A stretch of 64,000 nucleotides of DNA from Harriotta raleighana (Eukaryota), in NCBI GenBank assembly GCA_050575255.1, contig JBNZDD010013726.1, positions 3,547,245 to 3,611,244 of the forward strand, given 5' to 3'. The notes beneath the pieces were generated by a model that saw only the letters and a list, made by a program, of their open reading frames with translations, made no database searches and had not been told where the DNA came from. Each line of letters begins with the position of its first letter. The stretch's first letter is position 1. Of this stretch, positions 41,301-53,300 are shown in pieces. A program made the position numbers and the translations under genes.

Positions 41301-44300
41301 AATAATTCAAATGACATCAATGTTTTTTTAAATCATAAAAATAGTTGGTAACAAGCTTTACTAATACTCTGACCAAAAATAAACATTGTTTACTGACAAC
41401 TAAATGGAGACAATTACTGCAAACCATGCCCAGGCATCAATAGTGCCTTTTCAATTTCAGGCTTAAGTCTCCATAACTCCTTGATTTTTTTATATCTTAC
41501 CCATCAGTAAAGATTGTATATAAATGTATACAATACAGGATCTTTGACTTGGCAGGAACAAGTAAGCAATTTTCACTGGTAATATACTGTGAATAAATCA
41601 AGTGATGCGGAAAACTTAAACTTAAGATTTTAGTGAACATGGGAACAACATGTCTCCTTGATTGTTTTCTTCATGTTCCATCGGTCCCTTTCATTTCAGC
41701 ATTGCATATACAATAAACAATCAAGATTATAAATAAGAGCTTTATAAAAGTTTTTCAAAAGTTTGCCAATTTTTGTAATTGCTTTTAGGTGAATAGCTGT
41801 AGTCCACACACCTTATAGTACAGAAGGCAGACATTCAGCTGATCATGTATATTCTAGCATTTTAAAAATAAATCAATTTTATCTCATTTACTTGCTTTTT
41901 ATAATAATAATCCATGCATTTGATATAGTGCCTTATCACGACTCCGAGACGTCTCAAATCGCTTCACAGAATACACTGTAAAGTGAAATTTGTGACTATA
42001 AATTTGTGGGTGAAATCCAGCAGCCAATTGCACAGTGATGGATTGAAGTGACTAATACTTTAAAGTAGTTATTACCCACGGAAAAGCAATCCGTCAATTG
42101 ACTAATAACTGAATTCCAACTTACTGTTTGGTAAACAGAGACATGTGGTGTAAGGGAACTTGTCCAACATTTGTGTGCTCTAACCACTGAGCTACAGAAC
42201 TCCACAAATACCCTGCAAATTTCTCCTTTTTGGCATCTGTTTTGGTCACCTCTTGAAAAACAATATGGGTCCCATCTTGACCATTGCTCTTCAAAGAGCA
42301 TCCCAACATTCTGAGTTGCAAATTCCTCCTCATCTTCCCCCTTTGCTATTTATCTTAATCAATGCTTTCTGACTCATTATAAGGGCTCTGAGACGCCGTC
42401 CGGCATGGAGGGTGCTATATAAATCGAAGCTGTTGTTGTATTAAAGTGAAAACAATTTCTCCCAATTTACTCTACTAAAAGATGACGATGTTAAAAGTAT
42501 TGTCAAATCTCCCATTTCCATGTTCCTACCCCAACTAGATATAGTCTAATTCTCTTACTGATCTGCTATTTCAAATTCCTTCTAAGACTCAATGGAACTG
42601 AAAGATTGAAGTTTCAAAGTGAAAAACTGGTCTAATTAATTTAAATACTATTAGTGTTCAAATTGAGGTATTCTCCATACACCACCGGGATAGACCAAAT
42701 TCAACAGATCATTCTCAAAGTTTTTTCTTACTGATGGCATGTGACATTTCTTCCTGCTGTGTCAGGAGAACTCCAAGATTATAGTTTCAATTTTTACAAT
42801 TTTGTTAGCATCTAGATACAACAACATCAGTTTATAGATAGATGTCTATTCATAATTCCAATCTCAATAATTCAACATGGCAAAGAAAAATGAATTATCT
42901 CATGGCATGACTTCATAACAAGAATTATCTACATACTGGAGCAGTCTGTAATTCTTACCCGTTTCGGTCCATGAAAGATTTTTCTGGTATTCTCCTTGGC
43001 TTTTTCCTGTTTGATTACTTGTTTCCTACCAGGATCAGGAAGCGTAGGATAAGACTCTTCACTAAACTCCATGGCATCTGAAAAGTACACATAGTGAGTG
43101 CCACAGTTATTAATACAAAATCAAGATCACACAGAATTATTTTATTTACCATTTTTACAATGTTTCAATTACAATCTAATGAATGTAGAATATTTTTGAA
43201 AATCCTAACAAGAATGAATTTTAACTGCTCCCCATTTCATTGCAATGAGTGTAAAACGTTTAAGGAATCACTGATTCCCCAACCACTCCATTGAAAACTC
43301 ACTATGCAGCATCAAACTGAGCTGCACAGACTTAGAATGTCCCAGTATACTCCCCACAGGGCTTTCAGGTGAGACACTTTTGCTTTGCAGTATTATCATA
43401 TTTTCAACCAAAATGCATGCATTAATTTTGCATACATCTTTTTCACAGCCTCGATGGCTTGCCTGAATAAACACTTACCAGTGTAGTAAACCAAAGCCCC
43501 TAAACACACATATTTTGGGCAATGCCCATATTACTCAGACACCTTGGTCCAAATCTCAGATCCCAAGATTACAAGACAAATGCAAACACTACACAATGCC
43601 TTTTTGGTAATTTTATGGCAAAACAACCCAAACCAAAGACAAGTGTTTCAATCAATGCAAATCGATATCGCTTCTCCAGACTTTTAACCTCCTATTCTAG
43701 CCATACGTCAGCTTTTTAAATTGCTTCATTGCATTGAAGTCTTTCAGTTAATCTCAGGTCACTTCCTATTCAAATTCAATGTATACTTATGTTCCTCATC
43801 TTTCTACTTTGGTGTCATATTACATTTGTCGGTTTTAATTTTATTTATCAACCTAATTTTTCAATATTCTTCTAGCTATCTAAAATTGTTGTGTTCATAC
43901 ACTGATATGCAAATGTGTGATATTTGCATATCACCCATTTGAAACAAAAAACCTCTCCCATTTTTTAGCACCCTGGGAAATGGTCTGGAATCTTAAAATA
44001 CAATTTTTTTTGTTTAAAACGGCCAATTAGTGTTTCACCTGTGGGTCTTAGATTAAAATCCAGTCCAGACAAATGGAATAAAATACTATGGTTGCAAAGA
44101 TCTTGTATGAATTCAGTCTGGGCACCAGGCATGTCATCTTGTGGGCATGGGCTCTCCACATCAAAGCCTCCTTAATAAGAAGCAATGAGACCACAGGTTA
44201 GATGGTGCTAGAAATAGAATAAATATCCCATTGATGAGGTACACCATCATTGAAGCAGGAAGGAGCTTTATCTTACATCTGTGTTATATTTAACTTGGGC

Positions 44301-47300
44301 ATGCTCAATGATAATAATGGATACCTGAAACGGGGTAGAGTGCCATTTCTTGGTACAAACATTCCCCACCAAGACAAGCAGAACATTTACAAAAGTTAAA
44401 AAGGCCAGTGATTTGCTAAACTCAGTACAATAAAAGCCCGTTTATCCAGCACCCGCAAGACCTGGCCAATGGCGGTTAAACAGCTTGCCGGTTAAACAGT
44501 CGGATCCGATGCCGAAAACCAAACATGAAAAAAAATTGGTTTTAACACATATCATATTAATAATAGACTAATTAATAAGATAATAATAGAATATTGTATG
44601 GGTACTTTATTGTAAATGTTGTACTATATAAATAATTGACTAAAAACACTAATAAGATACTATAATAACAGAATATTGTATTAGTACTTTATTATTTATA
44701 CTTAACTTCTGCAATGACGGCCACCACGGGAGGAAAAAAAACGGCAGTGCGACTTTCAGACTTTTCTAGCAGCAACCCGAAATATCTGTACAGTACTCTC
44801 GTGCGACAAGCGATTCATTAAATTAAAGTGCCACCACTATTCTGCTGGATAACTTCCGGTTAATCGGATGCACTTTTTTTTTGATGTGCCGGTTAAACGG
44901 AAGTTACGGTTCATCGAGTCACAGATAAACAGGCTTTTACTGTATTATAAAATAAATAATCTGCCCAAATGTTTTGTTACAAATGACCAACACTAACAAT
45001 ACAAGTTACAATTAGCATTTCCTTAGTATCATATTTTTCAAAACAGAAGGCAGGCATTCAATCAATTGTGCCTATTCTCTACAAGAGCCATCTGGTTCAC
45101 CCCACTTTCCTGCCTTCTCACCACGTTCTGCCTTAATTTTCCCCTGCTAATATTTGTCTTACTACCTTTTAAAAGGTAATACATTTACTGTCCGGCGCCT
45201 TGGGACGTCCTCCTGGTGTGAAAGGCATTATACTTATAAAAGTGTAATTTTGTTGTTGTTAAAAGCCATTATGCTTCTGCTTTAACTCTTAATTACTAAT
45301 GGTCACTGCTTCTAACATTCTCTCCAAGCTACAAATAAATAATAATGTTTGTATTCAGTATAGCTTCTTATTACAGTAAAAGCCTATTTATCCGTGATCC
45401 GATCAATCGTAACTTTCGTATAACCAGGACCTCAAAAAAAAGGTCCCCATTCAAATAACCAGATCTTATCCGGCACAATCTCGGTGGCGCATTTAATGAG
45501 TCGATTGTCGCACGAGAGTACAGTACGATTAGTTTTGAATGCTGCTGGTAGTGACACTTCCGTTTTTTCCTCTTAAAGCGACACTGTCAGTTTTTCCTCT
45601 CTCTATTTTTTTCTCTCTCTCCCTCTCTTTTTCTATCTCTTTCTTTCTTTTTCTTTCCCTCTCTCTCTGATTGATACTACATATTGCCTGTGTAGCCTGA
45701 CTGTATTGTGGGTTTATACACTGATTGGATGGGGTGTGGGAGAAGGAGCGAAAAGCAGTGGGGAGAGGGTGGGGGGGAAAGAGAGGGAAAGAGGTGAGGG
45801 AGAAAGAGAGAGTAGTGGGATGGGGAGGGAGAGGTGAGGGAGAGGAGGGGAGAGAGAGAGAAGGGGGTGAGTTGATTAATTTAGGTTTTCGGCATCGATA
45901 TTCGACCGAATATCCAGCATGCCATTTAACCAGCATTGGCCAGGTCCCTAGGGTGCCGGATAAACAGGCTTTTACTGTACATCAAAATTTCTCAAAGCTC
46001 TTCACAGAATTTTTCTGCAAAATGTGGTAACTGTATTTGCAGACAGCAGCATCCAATTTGCAAACAGCAAGTTCCCCAAAACAGCCATGAATAAATAATC
46101 AACTCAGTACATTTCCTACTCCTTGTATCCTCACCATACTAAAAATCAAACATGTTATATATTCAAAATAAATATTATTGTTACATGCTATAAACAAAAA
46201 GCAAAAAAGGTGTGAATTAAATACGAGAAAAATTATTTTCTCCCTCCTTGACAACAACTGAAACTAAACGATAAGAAAGAAATGTAGAGAAAAGGGAAAA
46301 TTGAATTTTTTGAACGTGAAAGCTCATCACTCTGCTACAGAAGAGAGTATAGACTCTCCCCTCCAAAGGTGCAGGACAATAATGTATGGCTCTATGATAC
46401 TTCAGTATTCATAATAACTTTTTCTGGTTCGGTATATTTTCAAATATAATGCTAATATTAGAAACAAATCTAATGCTAATTCAGCTGGGCTGTTTCAATC
46501 AAGTACTCTACTCAGAATAAAGGTAATCTAGCAGATAGAGCAGCATTATATAGAACACACTCATTTCACAACATTAACATTCCCAGAGAATTTTTTATTT
46601 TTTAAATGGTCAAAAACAGTTCACGAGCCAACCTAAGTAAGCATTCACACTGCTGAACTCACCATTTTAAAACAATCCAATTCTGTATTAACAAGAATGT
46701 CATGTATCTTTCATTATTGGACTTTTCCCATCACGTAGCATACCTCAAATCTTTTCAAAATTGCAGCTGTTCACCTTCAACTGTATCACTTACCCAATGA
46801 CCCTGTGTTTTAATTTTTTTGTTAAACGTTCAGCAGCTGAGATCGGATTTAAGTGAATAGAAAAATCACAATTTGCTTGCCTACAATCTAGTTTAGGTTG
46901 GAAGACTCCAACTGAGCTTTCCCATGATGGTTCAATCATGCAAGCAGAGAAAGTATATTGATGATTTTTATCATTTAAAAAACTGTTGCAGTCGGTGCAT
47001 TAATGCTGACTCAACACTTACCTGAAGTAGAGCTGCTCTGAGACAGAGGCTGGCTTCCTTGGGACTCTTCAGTTGATTCAGAGCTTGAGAAGACTGACTG
47101 AGTTTCACCCATTCGGTTTCCAGCTTTTTCCTTGGGTTTACCCTCCGAATGAGAATCCTCATCCTCATCGGAGCTTTCACTTAGATCATCAAAGCCAAAA
47201 TACTTGATTTTATAGTTGGCTCCAAATGAACCTTCAATCCCTTCCTGCTCATCCTGTTCATCAAAACCAAAAAACTCCAGCTTTGCATCTTTCTTGGATT

Positions 47301-50300
47301 TGGACATGGTTGGTCGGAACCTAACAGTAGTTTTGCCTGATGCAGTTTCTGTTTTTTTCCTCAGCCGGCCTGCCTCCCCCAGATCTGCTGGGCTTGTGGT
47401 AAACTCGTCCATGCTCCGGTCTGTGGTGTCCTGAAGTGTGACGTTGCAAGGTGACAGGTATGATGAGGGTAATGTGATGGTGTCTCTTGCAGTCCGAGAT
47501 GTGGAAGTCTTCCCTGGTGTACCTGATGAGATTTTGGTGTCTGATTTTAGACTATCTTTATTCAATACTGGGTCAGTTTGTGAGGATTTTGCAGGACCAT
47601 CAACTACTTTGTCAAAAGACGACATTCCAGCACTTCCTGGTGACTGTTTTCCTTTATTAGATCTACAGTATGTCCTGCAGTTTGACCTATTGGGCTGAGA
47701 GTCATTCTCTAAATCCTCATCCTTCAAGTTGAGATCATTGCCCTTCCCATAAATCTCTTCTTTGTTTGGTTCATTCTCTTCAAGATTCCGGGCAGCCATT
47801 CCCATCCTGCCCTCATCACTATCCAAGCTATCATCTTTAATACACGTTATACGGCCCAATCCACCAACCCATGGCTTGAATTCCACCTGAGGTGCATCAG
47901 AGAGTGACTCTGAGCTCTTCATGATCTCATCCCAACTATCACACGTGTTCTTGATATCAGTTTTAAACTCAGACAGTACTGCACTGGGTACACTTGATTT
48001 CTTCTCATTATCAGTTATATTCTTGTTCTTAGAAAAACTGTTCTTTGCAATCTCCTCTCCTATTGGATCTTGGTGTTTCACTTCTGTAAAATAAAAATGT
48101 TTAATCAAATTTAGATGAAACAACATGTATGCATATAAAATGAATAGTTAAACCCTTATGGCCTGTAACAGATGAATTGCATAATCAAGGCAACAGATAT
48201 ACTGTACTATGATTGCACAAGCTTATAATGGTAGATGCATGTCACTAGGATTACAAAACATGCATGTTTAAAACATTTATTTTTAAATTGCCATAAATCT
48301 AGAATCTTATTATATATAAGAGAAATATTTCAATACAATTTGACCCATTAATCAGTGCAGAATGGACTTTCAACTGCTAGAAATCTAGTATACCCAAGAA
48401 TCATGGACTTCTATTCTGTTGATCCACATTTCATTAACTTCCCCACAATTGTTTATAAACTTTCCCCCCTGTGTCCAATATGTTGGTAATTCAAACTGGA
48501 GTTCAATAATCAGGTCCAAGAATTTTCTAAACTGCTGCTCACATGCATTTCCTTGCATACGTTCATTACACCAGAAATGCAATTGTAGATTCTGTCATTG
48601 CATCTAAATGTCAGTTAACAACTAAGGATAAGAACACTGTGCATTCTCAACCATCAATATATGTTTTATATAACATACACCGTTTACAAAAATTAGCAAA
48701 CAGTGAGATTAGGTGACAATTCCACAGATACCTTACCAATGGGGTAAATAAGAAATATTTTTAAAATCTGTTCCCACTTGTTGAAAATAAATGAATACAA
48801 AGAAATAAATAATATTTCCTTCTGTATAAGTTTTCCTGGAAAATGGAAAGCAAATAGAGCTTTTTAAGAAAGGTTTGGAATGCTGAAGTAGATATGAAAT
48901 TTAGTTAAATCTGCAATGGTTTCAATTCAAGACAATACTTGGTTCAATTGCAGTAGTGTGAAGAGGCCACACCAGTGAAGGCTCCAACTGTCAGCTGGTA
49001 CTATTTCCAGTGTTGTGGTCTTCTTAAGATGGAAATTCATTCTTGTATAAATTGTTTTACTTCTATATATTGTAGAAAGCTTAGGCTCCGAGCACAATCA
49101 TCAAGAAACATTTCCTTTTAATAAAATTATCATGGCAGTTGAGTGTTAGTCCAAGTGAAGCTACAAGATAATTTTCCCTGGCACAAGGTAATGCTCAGAT
49201 AACAACAATAATCCTTGCACTAGATTTAGCACCTTTCACATTGGGAAGAAGTTTTAAAGCACTTTAAAGGATGCATTGTAAAGTGGAGTTACCATATTTT
49301 GGGGCAAATGTGGAATATTGAATGCAATGGATCGACCAATGAGATATGTTTATTAATCTTTGTGTTGAAATGAGCTGGCAAAACAACAGATTCAAGTGTA
49401 AGAAACTTGATCTGACAAACCCACAGGTGCAAATCGTTCTGGGACCAGCTTGCTCAGAACCAGATTCATACCCGAAGTGATGAATAAAGGTTTGACCTTC
49501 CAGGCACCCTTCAAGAATTTGCACATCATTTCTCAACAGGGTTTCTTGGGCCAAGGGCAGGTGGCAAGCAGGGACAGCTGCTACATAAAACCTTCAGAAT
49601 AAAGGTAAAAGAAATGGTATATCCATCACTAATCAGATTAGCAATGCAACTCTGCGTTTTTCTTGGAAGGTCAGGTACAAACTGGGATGGTAAGAAATTA
49701 TTCTATCACATTATTTTGGCAGTTTATGGCTAAAGCTTAAAAATATCCAAGAGATGTTTAGAAATGTAATAGGATGATTGCTGTATCACACCCTATAGCT
49801 GTTATTGGTGATCATCACTTCAGTGAAACCATACGGTATCTCTTCAAAGGGGAGAAAAAAAAGGAAGGCAGATAAGAGCCCAAAATAAAATGGAACTAAT
49901 TGATTAACAGAGAAAAGCCCTTTTCTCATGTAGAAGCAGTCAATCTCCAGAAAATAAAAGGTTTAAGGGTGTAACTCAGAATGAGGATGTGCAACCCATG
50001 GCACTGCAAAGCAGCCTCTGGGAATTTATGTGTTAGACAAATTTTTACAAAAGTTAGCAACTTACTTCAGTTTACTTGATATACATCTTCCCTCAATTAT
50101 TTGCAAGGTCAGTAAAAGGCAAGTAGTTTAAAAAATAACTATCAGTGATCCAAATGTTGCTTGTCTATGCCAAGAAACAAAATGTCTGCTACTGTCGACA
50201 GATAGTAGAAGGGACCTTTTTAATTTCAGCCCTGCCACTGGCAGTAGGATTGTAAATGAAGCAGAGGTAATACATTCAAGAGAACAGACCACTTTTTTAA

Positions 50301-53300
50301 AAAATCTGGAAACAGGATAATCCCTCAAGTTACTCATAAATGTCAATGGGTCACTTGGCTCAAAACTGCAGCAACCTTACGAGGAGGAAGTTCTGTGGCC
50401 AACTGCTGCACATGGATCATTTCAAGTTCCTCTGCAGCATCCCACAATATGAATACGTTATTAGATTAAAATTGCAATTTGCATCCCTACCCACCCCAAA
50501 ATGGTATATTGAAATATTCTCCTTTCCCACTTCCAATCCAAATTTAAAAAGCTTCCCTACCAGACCCACATTTTTGCAGTATTACTGATCCTTGCAACAC
50601 AAATACTACATATAAAAAGACTAGGTTCAGGTTATCATGACTTCTCAGAGGGGTTAATATACAGTCATGAATGAGTGCACAGGATTTTCTTTACTCATGT
50701 ATTTTTTCTAAAAAAAACAATTTTTTTGTTCAATCCTATAACCTGAAAAATATGGCTACCTTGTTTTAATGGCAAAGCTGTTGCTGAATTCAGTATTATG
50801 TTTGTCTACATAATCCAGATTCACATGATATAAGTAAAATAACCTAAATCATATCAATTGGGACCATAACAATTAATATGACTTATGCAAAGTAGGAATT
50901 ATAGCAAACTTTCGCAAGCTGTATCATAAAACTTATCAAAAGTTATGGAGAGGTTGGATTTTATACGACTAACACATAAAATAACGCACAAGTACTGTAC
51001 TGGCTGATAACATTAAGGCAAAGTTTCAGTACCATATGTAACCCATGCATATTAAAGCTATGGGTCATCCATTTCTCCCAAATACAGTATTGCATCTCAT
51101 GTGCAGAAAATATGCACATGTAATCAATTGTATCTTGAATTGTATAACCAAACAAGTTTCAAAACTGCTTAAGTCGTATATTTACCCAAGTCTTACAAAC
51201 ATTATTTCACATGGAGCAGGGAGGTTTAACCTTTCGTTGCAGAGGGTCAGATGCCCTGTTTGAAAATCACAAACACTTCACCCCCACTTCTCTCACCTTT
51301 TCCCTCCCCCATTCATGCCTTCTCACACACACACATACAACACGCGTGCGCGCACACACACACACTACTCCTCCCTCTCCCTCATATTACTCTTTCTCCC
51401 CATTGTTCCTCTTTCTCATTTGGCCCTATTGCTCATTATCTGGCTGCAGGAAAGATTGTCAGATAGTAAGTCACACGGCTTATTGAGAAATTAAATGGAT
51501 TGAATTAGGAAACTGAACGAGTCTAGCGTAAATTTATGACTTAGGCAATTATACAATTTAGACAGAGCAGATTAATGCAAGTTTTCCTGTGTATTAATTT
51601 TGACATCCACTGGCATTTGGAAAAAACACAAGATTTTCACATTTTCCAATGATTTTTCCAACTAATTTAATTAGCACTGGGATGTTTTGCCTGTTGTGCA
51701 CTCCACTTTTTATTTAATTAGCACTGGGATGTTTAGTTACTTCTACCCCATTCATTGATGTTCACAGCGGACTCATCCAAAAAACAGAAGCCAATTGGCC
51801 CAAAGTATTAGGACCATCCTGTTAAATTCAACTCCTGTTTGTAATTCCAAAGAGAAATAGCATCCAACAAGTTATAATACTTTCATCACAATGAACACTC
51901 AACTGAATATAGTACTGTATTTCTAAAGGCTCACTAAATGAGTACGCTTTTGACCAAATGTATTACAATAGTAGACACCAGGTACCCATTGGTAAATGTG
52001 AAGGCAGAGAGAATTCACTTCAAATAATGCAACCATATTACAAAACTGTGTCAAGTATAAACATGTCTGCAAGGGTCTGCAGTCCTGGTGCTCTGGAATT
52101 TGCCATTCACACCACAGGGTGGATCCCATAACAGAAGACCACACAAATTACATGTTCACAAAGCTGTGTAAGTTCAGTTATTTGATTTTGTTGCTCTCAG
52201 ATCTTCCCTTATATGGGTTACAGGCAAGCTAGAAAAATAAATGGACAACTAAAAAAGACAAATAAATGGCTTTCAAAACAGACAAGGCATTTGGCATATC
52301 AAACAATAATCCCTGTAATTGCACTTCACACAGTAAAACCCCGTTTTTCCGGCACCCATAGGACCTGGCCAGTGGCGGTTAAACGGTTTTCCGGTTAAAA
52401 GTTTTTTTAAATATATTTTTTTAAAAAACATTTTTCACATACCATATTAATAATAGACTAAATAATAACAGAATATTCTATTAGCACTTTATTATTGATA
52501 TTTAACTTCGCAATCGCGGCCCACATCCCATGGAGGAAAAAAAACGGCAGCAGTGACTTTTAAAAGGTGCAGGAGCGAGTTTAGACTAGACTAGCAGCCA
52601 ACCTAGCACTCGAGTGCGACAATGAATTAATTACTGCGTCATCACTGTGATGCCGAATCGGAACTTTTTTTTGATGTTCCTGTTCAACGGGTTTCCAGGT
52701 TCATTGAGTCATGGATAAACGGGGTTTTACTGTATATTGTAAAATGGATCGATTATTTTGTGGGCAAAAGGCAGCCACCAATTGCTCACAGCAGTGTCCT
52801 ACAAGCAATTGTGGATTTAGCAACCAAATATTTATGGGGCTGAGGGGGGGTGGGGGTAGGGAAGAAGAGTGATTAATTCACCCAGAAAGTGATCCGACAA
52901 TCGACTAGCAAACTGGTCCTACTTACTGGGAGATGAACAGAGATGTGTGGAGTAAGAAAACTTGCCTAAAGTTTTGCCCTGAAATCAAACCAAGCTCCTC
53001 TTGCTTGAAAGGCGAACGCACTAATCACTACAATACAGGACTTCACAAATATCTAAACCTTAAAACTTTGTGTGCTATCCCTTTTGAATATTTCGATCTT
53101 GTTGAGTGTTGGTGGGACAATTCTACTAGTCAGAATTGCCTCTGCCTGTAAGCTAGATGCTACGTAAATAATGGTAACACAAAAGGAACAAAGTCCCTCT
53201 GTTATATTTTATCCAACTTTAACCAAACTTTCACATAAACTACCATTATACCAAACATATGCACCAGCATAATGTGGCATCATTTGGAAAAAGCAGCCCA

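Noticed and set aside
47216-47698. Plus-strand ORFs overlapping WAPL exon 3 (and 55610-55879 over exon 2)
   Set aside because: Antisense shadows of real coding exons
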